A stretch of 57,816 bases of DNA, the filler included, from Sphacelaria rigidula (lineage: Eukaryota), in the NCBI GenBank assembly GCA_964200075.2. It is 7 parts of 7 records of this genome, joined end to end, with 100 filler letters (N's around TTAATTAATTAA, not from the genome) between each part and the next. Parts side by side here need not be neighbours in the genome. Positions count along the whole stretch, not along the records: positions 16,550 to 24,723 come from CAXNAA020012025.1; positions 24,824 to 32,997 come from CAXNAA020012026.1; positions 33,098 to 41,270 come from CAXNAA020012027.1; 4 more parts are not named here. One strand, given 5' to 3'. Numbering within the stretch: the stretch's first letter is position 1; every line of letters begins with the position of its first letter. Position numbers and translations under genes: made by a program. This document shows, one piece after another, positions 24,041 through 36,323 of this stretch. A model generated the notes under the pieces. The model saw only the letters and a list, made by a program, of their open reading frames with translations. It did not search any database and was not told the DNA's origin.

Positions 24041-27000
24041 TCCGAGCCATGCGTCCAGCCAGGGAGTAGTCACGTCCGAATTATCGCCGCCGTGGTACTA
24101 AATGCAGATTACGGATCCGCACGATGGGTTACGACGGTACTATGACTCATGCATAGTTGATACGCACTATCGCGTCTCGTTACAGTCAACTTTAGGAGGC
24201 TGCGGGGGCAGAAAAGGTGGAGGCAGAAGAAGGAAGAGGTTTCCTGCTAATCACGTTTTTGCTGCACTATACCGCTATCGCAAATGCAAATCCTTCGAGG
24301 TGTTGGGTTGTTATGAGGGCTCGCCCGTGTCTGGGTTGTAAGCTAGGTGTGACCCGTATTGGAGGTAACATATTATGGGTGAACGGATCGTTGGCAAGGA
24401 GAGATGTCTGCAAGTCAAAGGCGTGTTTGATGGCTAAGGGAACCCACTCATGTTTGGGTCGGAATTTTCGATGAACATGGAAATGCGCGAATTACCTCGG
24501 ATGAGGAAACGAAATGAGCAATGGACACACGGTTGGAGGAGCTGATGGGACCTGGCCTGGTGCGCACAGTGACTGCTGATCAGTGGTCTGACGAAGGCTA
24601 GACGTCAATCCTCGGATAGTGTCAAAATGGTGAGATTATTTAAAATTAATCCCAGGAGTGCGTTGTGATATTAACAATGTTTTTGTGAGATTGAGAATCT
24701 TCGATACGATTGAGAATAGGGTTNNNNNNNNNNNNNNNNNNNNNNNNNNNNNNNNNNNNNNNNNNNNTTAATTAATTAANNNNNNNNNNNNNNNNNNNNN
24801 NNNNNNNNNNNNNNNNNNNNNNNATGAGTTGCTTTATTCTGTGGTATCGCCACTTCTAGAGACAGCCACAGCTGTTACACTGCCTCATGGGTCTCACCAT
24901 CCGGGGGGCATCGAATAACCGGTTAGAAGGAGAAAAAATACTCACTCGGCCACAAAAAATCGAGTACACACGTACACACATACACTTACTATACAGTAAA
25001 AAATCGAATACAGCGATCAAATACAAGGTTGCACTACAGCATATAACACATGCGTGTTGATTTCGTGGCAGAAACTCATCCTCTTCTCCAAGGACAGCAA
25101 AACTCTTCCGGTGTCTGACACAAAAGCAATCGCCACTCGTGGAGATGATCGTTTGCCTCAGCACCGAGCGTCGAGCAGTATCAACTTTTTGATTGATTGA
25201 TTCATTTTTATTTGACTTGATTTGATTGTCGCACTTTAAGTGACCCCTCAGGAGTCTAGCCGTGGTCTCGTGATAGACGTCCCCAAGAAAAACGATACTG
25301 AAACACGCTCGGAGAAAAAGAAAGAACATAAAAAAAAAGGGGGGGGGGGGTTGAACAGAATGACATCGCAGACTAAGTCTCGTTCTGCTCTCCTTTTTGG
25401 TCTGTTGCGCCTTCTAATTTCACGAGCGAGCTGTTGTTTCTGTTCCGATTTTTCTTCGGCACGCCTATCACGGTACTTGCCTTGCTTGTTGGTCTCGCGG
25501 GAAGGGTGCAGCCTCATTGATCCATCGATTTATCCCACATTAACTGATCCCCTACTATACGAGTCATGATCCAGCCGTGGCTACATGAAAGGCGTACCCG
25601 AGGTAACCAAACGGTAACACCCGCCAAATGGGGACCCGAGAAAGGTACAAGACCAGAAAAAAAAAAAATCTACATATATTATATATTCCGTCATTTGTAT
25701 CGGTCAGCTTCCTTCCGTGGGTTGTCACGCCCTGTGGAGTATGACAGTTTCCCCTCAACACTATCGTAGCTGCGGAATAGCTTTGTTACTCTGTTATTGC
25801 TCCACGGTGTTCAACGGCCACGCTTTTTTTGCCCCCACCCCCACTCACCCTCTTCATCTCCGTCCCCCCATCTCTTCGCTACAGGCATTCCTTCAAATAC
25901 AGTCGGTTAACGACAAAGCCGTGACATTCGAGGAAACAAAATACCCTCCGCGATGCGGCGCAACGCAATGCTCACCGAGGGCAGTGTGGTCCGCGCCACA
26001 AGACATGCCTACTACCCCGGTAGATTCGAATCCTGGCAATGCAAGCGGCACTGTTTGACTATCACCCATTACCGCCTGCGGTGAAAAAATAAGAGGAACA
26101 TGCCGAGAAGGAAGACGAAGACAACATATTTACAGGGGAAGGGGGGAGGGGGTGTACTCATTATCTTGCATGCCATGGTCACATGACCATTGACCTCGCA
26201 TCCCTACAAAGCCGGGAAAGAGCACGCCAGGTCTTCAGCAGACCAGGCTCGCAATCAACCACCAAGCGCGAAGCGCCATGATGTGTGAGGCGAGTCGCAT
26301 GAAGGGTGAGCTGCATCCTTCCAAAATTGTCTTGCATATGGATGATAGACAGCCAAGCAACGAGTTATTTCCTTTTCAGGTGTCGCCACTTCCAGCAAAA
26401 GCCAAGCGCCCCACATTGCCTCATGGGTATCTCAGCATTTGAAACACTGCGTGGTACGATCATATCCTTTGCACGGAGTGGGGGGTGGGAGGGGGGGTTG
26501 CTTCAATCAAATTGTCGATCCAAGCAGTAGCGAGCTCACTCGCGTGGCATGCTGCGTCATGTCGACCCACAAGGTAAAACTGCGCAAACAATTTGCGCGG
26601 CAGTTGCTTGTTCGTACAAAATCGTTGTCCAAAGGACCCACGAGTCGAGTTGGGCGACACTATCGCCCCATCTGGGTGTGTGACAACTCAGGCATACACG
26701 AGGATTCAACAAGGACTTTTCCGGGTCGCACGCGCTTTTGCGACGGGCAACAGGGTAACACTCAGTACGAGTACGAGGAACACTCTCTCGATGTGCTTGG
26801 AAGGAGTGCACAATGATGAGAGATGTGGAAATCAGCAGCCCAAACATGACAGTTTCGAAACAAGAGTTTTCGCGAACGAGTTGCGGCATGATCAGGAGGG
26901 TCCATTTTTTTTTTTCCCCCTCGAGTTTTTGGATAATAATTGATGACAACGATAAAACCCACACGTTAAGGACATTGATATGTTCACTTGTTCTTCAAGT

Positions 27001-27853
27001 ATGTGCCGAACATACATGTTGCACATCATCATCTGCGTCTAGGGCCGAAAATTGCAAGAGCAGGGCGGCAAGTGCACTGCGGGTTCATCTCCCGAACTGC
27101 CTCGGGGAAAGCTTCCCGAACGCTGGAGGCGCCTACACCATATTGCCGCCAACACACGGTGGTCTAGCCGAGCCTCAGGGTAATTGGCACGCGGACCCAT
27201 TCGATTGGGGAAAGAGTTGAGTGATGTTTCCTCCTTCCTTTAAGGAAAAATAATAATAAAAAAGCAAAATTAGCGTCCGCACAACTAGTGGCCCGGACCT
27301 TGACGAACGTCCTGTTTAACATAGAATGACTCTCCTAAATGTTTTCTCAGATGTTGGAAGTATAGAGCAATGAATACTTTTCTTGAACGTTGTCGGGTAT
27401 CCTAAAAGAGTGAATGTGTACAGGAGAAGTCTTCAAACGTTGAGGGAACCTTAGGACATGTAAGTTAACAATCGTTGGTAATATGGAGATGCCGCCAACC
27501 CTAACGCTAACGCTAACGCCAACCCTAACCCCGACCAAGGCATACCGAGAACCCTCGGGCAAGGGGGGAGCAGAGTGTTGCCTAGGCAAGGTGTGCGTTG
27601 CCAGAGCTCAAATCGACGCCTTTCAGCCGATTTTGGACCAAAACACGTTCTGGACGAGCTGGATCTACTGCTAACCACTACTCACCTGCCCCAGATCATA
27701 AATTTTCTCAGAACTTTCTTCAGTCTAAAATCAAGTAAAATCGAATATCAACCATTGTTTTCCGTACATTCTGCAAGATCTACTGCGAACGTTGCCGGGC
27801 GTTTTGGAAAGGTACAGGACGAGAGAGGTTCCCGTGACATTGATGGAACAATA

Positions 27854-28112
27854 CACGGTTCGGACGAATCATCGCCGGTTCGAATAACTAAATCTACGAT
27901 TCCTAAGGCGTGATTGCTCGAAGGAGTGAAAAAACGTTGAGCGCTAGTCAAGAAGGTCCCCACGCAACTCTTGCGCCACTCCACGTCCCCGGGCCGCGTG
28001 TACCTGGGTTGTAACGCTGAAATCAAATCCCAAGGATTGATTCGCCCGGTACGAATCATTCACACTAAAATCAAGTAATGACCAGACGAATCATTGATTC
28101 GTCCGACCCTTG
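27854..28112. mobile_element. hAT-like MITE family C, intact copy
   Basis: TIRs CACGGTTCGGACGAATCA / TGATTCGTCCGACCCTTG. Perfect 8-bp TSD GAACAATA at 27846-27853 and 28113-28120. Confidence 0.85.
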
Positions 28113-28131
28113 GAACAATACTTCAATATTT

Positions 28132-28391
28132 CATACGTCGGACAGCTCATCATGAACTACCTGGAAAAACTAATTGAGGACGACTCCTGAATCTCTTGTC
28201 CAAGAACCCAAAATATGTGACAGCGGGGTCCTGGAACCCAAAGCGCTATTTTTACGTTACTCCGTGTGCCCGGCGTCCAGCGCTATAGGGAGCAACTGTA
28301 TAAAAAGGGGCCAAGTGAGCTAGCCTAAGATCCGGATTAGTACACTAATCAGAAGCAATATCCAGGTAGCTCATGAACTATCCGACGTGTA
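28132..28391. mobile_element. MITE family H copy
   Basis: CATACGTCGGACAGCTCAT...ATGAACTATCCGACGTGTA. Flanks CAATATTT/CAATACTT (7 of 8). Confidence 0.7.
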
Positions 28392-29462
28392 CAATACTTT
28401 CATGAAAGAGCTTGGCGTGTTTCTACACTGCACATCTGGCACAGGCATGTCGCTATGTTTTGACAGAGACGTACACGTGCTTGCACTTTAAATGGGCGAG
28501 GGCGAGGGAAGGCTAGACTTCGGGAGTTGAAAAGACAAACGACGAGCATGTGTGTCACAGCCGGGTTTTTTTCAAGAATAATCCGCAAGGGGATGTGTGA
28601 CAACCGACAAAAGGACAGCCAGGGCGAATCGATCATATTTACTTACTCCCCGCCTGCCGCAAACCCTTCGAAAACTGAAAAATACGAATTACTTCATCAG
28701 GGAGGCGACAACGATATCCTGACGGAGTGAACACATCGCAATTACTTCTTCAGACAGATAAATTCGGAAAAAAAAAAATGTAAATATATTAACCCTAACC
28801 CCAATCCTATTCAGGACAACAGCCGACCCGCAACAGTGAGACGATACCAAATACCGCGGAAATACACGGTTGGGGTTGAGGTTAGGCGCGTGTTTTTGAC
28901 CTCTACAAATTTTTGGTTCAATAATTTTCTGCTTATGATGACATTACTCACATCAAGGTGGGTTCAGTAACAATGAGACGGACGATACAGGCATTCTGTC
29001 ACTATACCGCCTTGTTTGCGGATCCGGCCCTATCCTTGTAGCAGAAACCTCACCGACTTTTCCACGACAAAACCTAGCTGCCCGGAGCTTCCGGATCCCC
29101 ACATCCTCACCCCGAAACCTTCCCCTTCCCCCCCTCTCCCTCCCCCACCGCCACTGTTGGCATCATCCCGGGTCGGTGTTGTAGACAATCGTCGTCGCAG
29201 CTCAGCGCACCTATCCTCGCAGTGTTGATGTTGTTGTTAATGATGACGATGGTGAATGATCATATTTTTGACGGTGTAGATACGAACAAGCATGTGAAGA
29301 GGCGACAGGAGATATTGGACGCGGCGAAGGGCGGGGGGTGGGGTGGTACTCATGATCTTGCACGTTGAAGTCATAAGACTATTGACCTCGCATCCCTACA
29401 AAGCCAGGACGGAGCGCGCCGGGTTCTCGCCGGACCAGGCTCAGACGGAGATATATGTGTGT

Positions 29463-29493
<31 letters not shown>

Positions 29494-31090
29494 GGGGGGG
29501 GGGGCTACGGATGTGTCAAAACACCCTTTGACTGACTATCAAGTACTCTGATATTATCCGATGCTGACGGTTGCGATTTTGGTTGGAAATGTACGAATGT
29601 TCCTGCAGCAGCAAAATTGTTCAACATTCTTCGCCGCCGTCGAAAACTAGTTTGAAGTCAGTCTCTAATCAGGGAGGTGCCCATTTTCTTCAGACGCTAA
29701 TTGTTTCATTTATTGTTGCCTTTTAGACTGAAAGTCCAGGTGGGATGCGCAGCATATTAACTTGGAGGTGCTTACGTAAAAACATGAACAGTGGTGGAAA
29801 CGCGCGAATCGTGAGACATGAAAAACAAGAAGGGTAATCATGTGTATACGCGGACAATAGCACCCCCCCTCCCCGGCCGTTAACGTCGGCTTTCTAGCGA
29901 AGCCAAAACCATTAGATACTCCTGAAGCATCGCAATCGTCGAAACACGTCCAAAAGGGTCCCCGAAGATGCAGACTTTGGTGACGTGACCAGTACAGCGA
30001 TCGAATACGTTACATCGACGTTTGGTATAAAAAAGGGCGGTACCTTCCATCATGTACGGTTTCAAGGAACTGTCTGTAACCCGTGTCTCTTGGAGACAAG
30101 AAAAAACAAAACGGTTTTTCCCATATTTAGTCTGCTACTTGCGCCCCGTGATTCGTCGGTAAGATACCCCCCTCCCCCCCGAAGAAGACAGGCAGAAGAA
30201 GTGTTGGCGCAAACCGATTGAAAAAAAAAACATTTCGGAGTATTTTTTTCAGATCGGTTTTGCGCGAACAGGCCATTGGTTCGTTCGAAGGGGAACGTGT
30301 ACCCGTATAGTAACCGCAGTGATGTGCAGACGAAGGTGTGACGCACAACCGCAAAAAATAAGCACATATAATCATGAGAGCCTCCCCCCCCCCTACCCCA
30401 ACAAATGAGTACGCCCCCCCCCCTACCCCCGGGTGAAAACAAAAGCATCTGCTGGTGGCTCAAGCCGTTAGTCGTAAATCAGCTGAGTGCGATGTGCATG
30501 GCCTCGCTCCGTCTCGAAAGGGATGCGTGATCATTGGTCGAACGACTAAGGTAAGCAACGAATGAGTATGTTTCCCCTCCGGGGTGAAAAGAAAAGCATC
30601 TGCTAGTAGCTCAAGCCGGTAGATGTGGATCAGCGGAGTGCATTGTGCATGACCTTGGTCGAATCTGCTTGGAATTGAAACGAGAAAGATCATTTGTGTC
30701 AAGTGCGCACCGAAAACGCCCCCACAAACGGTCAGCGAAGGCAGATTTTCGACTGTAAGAATGACACGCATGTGGCCATCGTTGACCCGACGCTAAGCGG
30801 ATTTCCGTCACGCAAAGACCGCAGGGAAGCAAGGGCCAACGCGGGGAGATAATACGCGCCTGTGTCTGGTGTTTGTGCCCGTTTTTCGGGACGTGTGTCT
30901 TTCTTGTGTCGTTTTTGTACCACAACAGAGATGTTGGAGCAACGAGCACGGCAAAAAAAAAGTCGCAACTTTGAGCCCGTGCGAAGATCTGGCTTAGGTC
31001 TTGAGAAAAATTGTCTCCGATAAGGATTAAAACGCGGTCGTCGTGGACACAAATATGTTGACAGACTGATGAAGGGCCTGCCTTGATCAA

Positions 31091-31208
31091 CCCTTTTGGA
31101 ACCCATTGACGATATTCATTTTTGTGAATCGGCATCATTTTCAGTCATTTTCTGGTCAATATGATGCCGATTCACGAAAACAAAACTCGTCAGTGGGTTC
31201 CAAAAGGG
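31091..31208. mobile_element. piggyBac-like miniature hairpin element
   Basis: TIRs CCCTTTTGGAACCCATTGACGA / TCGTCAGTGGGTTCCAAAAGGG. Inner IR GTGAATCGGCATCAT / ATGATGCCGATTCAC. Flanks TCAA/TTAA. Confidence 0.75.
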
Positions 31209-32162
31209 TTAAACAAAGCATCGAGATCGAGGTAGAAAAGCGGAACAGGTTTTACCAATACACCCGCTCAGCACACATTTTTGTTGTCCGTCCCGAGAAC
31301 ACGCGTCCGTACCGCACAAGTACTGCGTATCGTATGGTACTTCCGACATCCTCATGTCGTGGTGTCTTTGGCGGCCACCTGTACGGGTGAGTGCTACCTA
31401 AGTCACTTCCTGCAGTAGAACAGAGTGAACTATACAGCCAGTTGTACAGGCTGGTTCACGGTGATCACCCAAAATTGTGTCACCAGCAAATGCAATCCGC
31501 AATACGCACCCAATAGTCGCATATATGGTATCATACTGACCGCAATGAAGAGACGAAGACGGTGACATAGCCAGATTTTTGTTTGAGGCCGTAGCAGTGG
31601 CGCTATGGACGAAAATGTGTCTCAGCTGATCAGCGGCCTTCAAACTGTTCCGAGATCTAAATTACGAATACCAAGCTCAATGTTCACCCGATCACTACAT
31701 GCTTCGAATCGTGGGAACCGTCATCGATACGGTAATCTAACGAGAAAAACATATTTTTGAAACGGTTACTACGGGGGTCGAATTATACCCGAAACCGTGA
31801 TGTTTCGGTGATGTCGGGTGTCGGCGTTGTCTGATTTCCACTAATGATACGCACGAATGATCCAGGGAGCCTCGTGACGGCGTCCGCAATATCTGTTGTA
31901 GAAACGCTCAGATCGCCCTCAAACTCGGCAGTTCCGTGGGTATTGATGCTCAAAATGGAAAAATTGTATCCTTGACAGTATATCATGTTTTCTCCGTTTT
32001 CTACCGGCTTCCGGGGGTCCCAGCATGAAGACCCCCGGAAGGCGGTACAGAATGCCCTAAAAAAATAATAATGAAATGATGCGTCCCGGAAGAGTCCAAG
32101 GAACACATGTACAAAGTTTGGTGGAGAAACTCGAAAGTCTCATGCAGTTTATTTTTTATTTC

Positions 32163-32882
32163 TTACCGCTCTACAAGGGTCACGACGCCAAGCGACGGTG
32201 CCTATCCGATTCTCGAAATAGTCTGCATTCTAGGACCCCAGAAAAACGACACTACGACTTTTTTTTCATTTTTTCGCGTTCTATCTACCTCCGCAGAACC
32301 CAAGGATGGGCTCCAAAAATTTTCGTCGCAAGACTCGATCAACTGATGCTTGAATTTTCATGTTCACGTCAAAGAAGGCTAAAAATCGCCGTTTTGGTAC
32401 TAGAATCAAGTACTTTGCGGTTTCACCGCGACACGGCAGAGTTCATCGTACAAAAGCCAAAACCCTCACGCCATTTTAAGGAGTTAGACTCTCAAATTTT
32501 GCACAACTGTGCTTTGGGATATTATGCAACTTTGGGTGGGCGAGGTTTTTTCTCTTGTTTTTTTTACCGCTCTACAAGGGTCACCGAGCCACACGACAGT
32601 GCCTACCCGATTTTCGAAATAGTCTTCATTCTAGGACCCCAGAAAAACGGCACAGCGATATATTTTTTTTCATTTTTCGCAGACTACCTGTCTTTGCATA
32701 ACCCAATGATGGGCTCCACAATTTTTCGTCGCAAAACTCGATCAACTGATGCTTGAATTTCCATGATCACGTCAAAGAAGGCTCAACAACGCCGTTCTGG
32801 TACTAAAATCAAGTACTTTGCGGTTTCACCGCGGTACGGCAAACTTCATCGCACAAAGGCCACAAACCTCACGCCGTTTTAA
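32163..32882. repeat. Direct duplication, ~400-bp period
   Basis: TTACCGCTCTACAAGGGTCAC...CTCACGCC(A/G)TTTTAA at about 32163-32478 and 32564-32882. Confidence 0.85.
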
Positions 32883-33173
32883 CCCTTTCGGAACCGTTGA
32901 TGGAAAAGCGAGGATTTACAACTGAGGTTTTACCCACAATGAATGGTTGTTTTTCTACAGCTTTCGAGCAAACGATTCGCTCAAAGTGTGTTCTTCANNN
33001 NNNNNNNNNNNNNNNNNNNNNNNNNNNNNNNNNNNNNNNNNTTAATTAATTAANNNNNNNNNNNNNNNNNNNNNNNNNNNNNNNNNNNNNNNNNNNNCCC
33101 AACTCGTCTGTGTCGATGAGATATTGCTTTTAGAGCTTCAATCCGTTTTTAGCCTGGCCCAGCTCGTATATAC

Positions 33174-33552
33174 TGGCCAGTCGCCCCGCTGGCTGAGTTG
33201 GTAACTTCGGAACCTTCTGACGGTTGGGTCGTGGGTTTTCGATTCTCGTTGCGACCTGGGATTTTTCTCACACCATGCCCAACAGTGGAGAGCGACTACG
33301 TCGTGGGTACACAAACTTCGACTGAACTGTCGACGAGGGAAAGGGACGGCTGAACCTCTTTCGCGATAAAAAATAAAATGGCAAGCACCGCAGAAGGAAG
33401 GTGGGTATATTAAAAACAAATACAAAATAAAAAGTCGCTGTGTTGACCTTCCTCCTGTGTGACCCCGGCTGGTGCGCCCACATATTATACCGAAAGGTGT
33501 AGACCGGCGTCCGGATCCGTGGAATAGATGGGATGACAACACACACACACAC
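33174..33552 (+). mobile_element. tRNA-derived SINE, apparently full length
   Basis: A-box TGGCTGAGTTGG (33190-33201), B-box-like GGGTTTTCGATTC, (CA)n tail. Copies at 7700-8011(-) and about 17885-18012 (3' part). Confidence 0.7.
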
Positions 33553-33620
33553 TCTCGATCTCACGTAAACACTCTATCTTCTCGGTCGAGGACGTTATCG
33601 CGAATGGGTCGAAAAGTAAT

Positions 33621-33712
33621 TTTTCTCAAATATTTGAGAGACAAATTGAAGTCGAGATATGTTTCTCAAATATTTGAGAGATAAATTGAAGTCGAAATAT
33701 TTTCCTCAAATA
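33621..33712. repeat. 40-bp tandem repeat (~2.3 units) containing palindrome TCTCAAATATTTGAGA
   Basis: Directly visible in the sequence. Confidence 0.85.
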
Positions 33713-34190
33713 CCTGTAGACTCTTCCCTCGGATCATCGAAGAAGCGGCCTGAAAAAACCAGAGTACAATAACACATATCTATATATATATATCAGGGTG
33801 TGCGTGACGACGAACGGCTCAAGAAACGAAGTCGTGGCATCCGTTAATATACCAACTAGATACAAAAACAGCCGTGCGGGACATCTTTGCTGGATCATAT
33901 TTTGTGGAATTGCCTAATGCGTATCAATTCAACGACGAAAAGGTCGAGGGCACGATATGATACTTCGTGCTTCGTATTATTCATTGTTGTTGATATGGGA
34001 TATACTGCGGTGAATGCTGCACCGCGTGCCCCCCTGTGTTGGTGCGACTGTACTGCGCGAAACGATTCAATTTCCAGGGTCTGTACGAGATCTTCGAATT
34101 GAATGCAGAAGTTGGTCGGCACTTTCGGATTTCGTGTTGTACTGTCTGTCTGTAAAGTCATGAAATTCGCTTATCCAGGCGGGACGTGAA

Positions 34191-34288
34191 CCCCTAGACC
34201 GCGAGGTTAGTCTTCTGTTGAATCGGCATCAATTTCAAGTGAAAAACAGTATGTATGATCCAGAAAGACTAATCTCGCGGTCTAAGGG
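34191..34288. mobile_element. piggyBac-like miniature hairpin element
   Basis: CCCCTAGACCGCGAGGTTAGTCTT...AAGACTAATCTCGCGGTCTAAGGG. Flanks TGAA/TTAA. Contains GAATCGGCATCA. Confidence 0.65.
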
Positions 34289-34920
34289 TTAACGCCTACC
34301 ACTGGCTGTAATAATTTCCGTGGCGTGGGGAACCTGCGTGCCGTTACATCGCAAATACATAGACCCGCAACGCATAACCGATTGCATCATGATTGTAGAA
34401 CCGCAAATACGTCGACCCGCGATGCATGAACCGATTGCACGAGTGTGCGTGTCCTGCCTGCCCCGTGTCCGCTCTACTTCCACCAACGGCGCCACCAAAC
34501 ATACATCGTCACTTACATACCATGGATTGGAACCTCGAAAGCTGGAGCTATGGATATAGCAAGCGGTCGTGCTGATGTTGTCGTTACGCTGTTTAGAAAC
34601 ACAGAATCGCGTTAGGTGTGGGATCGTGGGATCTAAGATCGCATCTATCCGGCCCGTTCGCACCAAGAATGCCGCCTTATATTTCAGTCTGCGCTCAACT
34701 TCCGAAATTGTAATTTCTTGTTCCGCACAATCCGATCATGAATATTCATCGTTCACTGTTCTTTGGTCCTTCACACAGGAGCGGAGCACATATCCTGCTC
34801 ACCCCGCTACACCCCTCGCCCTATACCCCTCCCCACCCCCACCTCCTCACAACAAAACTCCACCTCTCGACTCACATCGGAAGACCGCACTCACATCGCA
34901 AGACGACAATACAATCAACA

Positions 34921-35249
34921 ATGGCCAAGGAGAGCATCATCCAGGTCGGTTGCGGTGTGGTTGGCGGTGCCTACGCCAAGGCGTACAAGCACCACGGCTT
35001 CGAGGTCCGCGGGTTCGATGTTGTGCCGGCCATCATCGAGAAGATGAACGAGGCAGGCATCCCCTGCTGTCACCCGGACGACTGTCCCTCCGACCTGGAC
35101 CCCGAGATCGTGCTCCTGTCAGTGCCCACTCCTTTGATCAAGGAGACGCAACGTCTGGACATGAAGTACGTGTGGTCCACCGTGCCTCTATGCGTGAAGC
35201 TGATCGAGCAGTCCACTGGGAAGGTCCCCATCTTCGTCATCCGGTCCAC
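34921..35249 (+). CDS. GMD: GDP-mannose 6-dehydrogenase, exon 1 of 3
   Basis: MAKESIIQVGCGVVGG (Rossmann GxGxxG), GFD, SVPTP, IRST. Donor GTGAGT, phase 2. Confidence 0.88.
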
Positions 35250-36050
35250 GTGAGTTTGTTCTCTCAAAAGCTGGATGATCTGTACAACAGGAACAACAGT
35301 AGTGGGAGTGACGGTACAGTGTTTCGATAAAGAATTCTGTCGTGCAATGTGGTTGCTGATGACTATTTTGTGTGGTGGTTGTAGGCGACACGAAGTGTTG
35401 TATTGTTTGACGGGCGAGGCAGCCGACGGCGTGTTGCCGAGCCGAGTCGGTGATGCTGCTTCGAGACACAAGGTACCTGTGCCAGTCGATGATTTCAAGC
35501 ATGCAAAAATCGGTATCTTGTATATTGGTATTCGCCTTTCTATTAATTATTCTCGCTGCTCATGGTGCTGCACTGACTTCAAGTACCTCCAAGTTGCCTT
35601 CCTCTCATCTGTGCAGACACGCAGCAGGACATCGTAATCCCCATTCTAAGCTTCACTGCATTACACATATACATGTAATCGTAGCCGCAGACTCGATATC
35701 GCGGAGCTGAGACGGTGGAAGTCCTCTCCAACGTGCACTGTACATTGTCAGATGTACTACATATGCACTGAGCTAACAGTACATCCAACAGACGTATCAT
35801 GTGTCCTGTGTGATGAATTCCTGGACAGACACCGCAAGAATCCATTCTGCGGGGACGCGTGTGTATTCCACGAACATTGTTGATTGGAGAGTACAGTCAC
35901 TAGATAGCGCAGGATATGCTGCTGTAACACCATATCGTCTGCGGTCTGTTCTCCTCCAGACCAAATACTACAACAGCACCGAAACGCGTTTCCTCGACCC
36001 AACACACCGAAGAAACGAATCATCGCACCCTCCGTCAACATTGCCAACAG

Positions 36051-36323
36051 TGTGCCACCGGGCATGACCAAGAAGTTCCAGGCGGATTTGAAATCCAAGA
36101 CTGACAAGCCCTTCCACGTGGCCTTCCAGCCCGAGTTCTTGCGCGCTGTTTCCTGTGAGGAGGACGCCCGTGCGCCGTGGCAGGTAGTGTTCGGGTACAT
36201 GCCCGGAGAGGAGGATGTGAAAGCGCGAATGAGCGATGCGTTCCTCGAGTTCGTCGGGCGCGACGAATCGAAGCTGACCGTGCTAAACATCGCGGAGGCC
36301 GAGTTCATGAAACTCGTACACAA
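36051..36323 (+). CDS. GMD: GDP-mannose 6-dehydrogenase, exon 2 of 3
   Basis: caacag acceptor. (T)VPPG...QPEFLR...AEFMKLVH(N), family motifs of UDP-glucose/GDP-mannose dehydrogenases. Donor GTGAGT, phase 2/2. Confidence 0.88.

Noticed and set aside
26634-27180. Possible pair of plus-strand exons
   Set aside because: Splice-like sites exist, but the frame is ambiguous and no peptide is recognisable.
32076-32756. 226-aa ORF
   Set aside because: Runs through a non-coding direct duplication; F-rich composition with no motifs.
33174-33250. Genuine tRNA gene
   Set aside because: No convincing cloverleaf, and it continues into a multi-copy body with a CA tail; treated as a SINE head.
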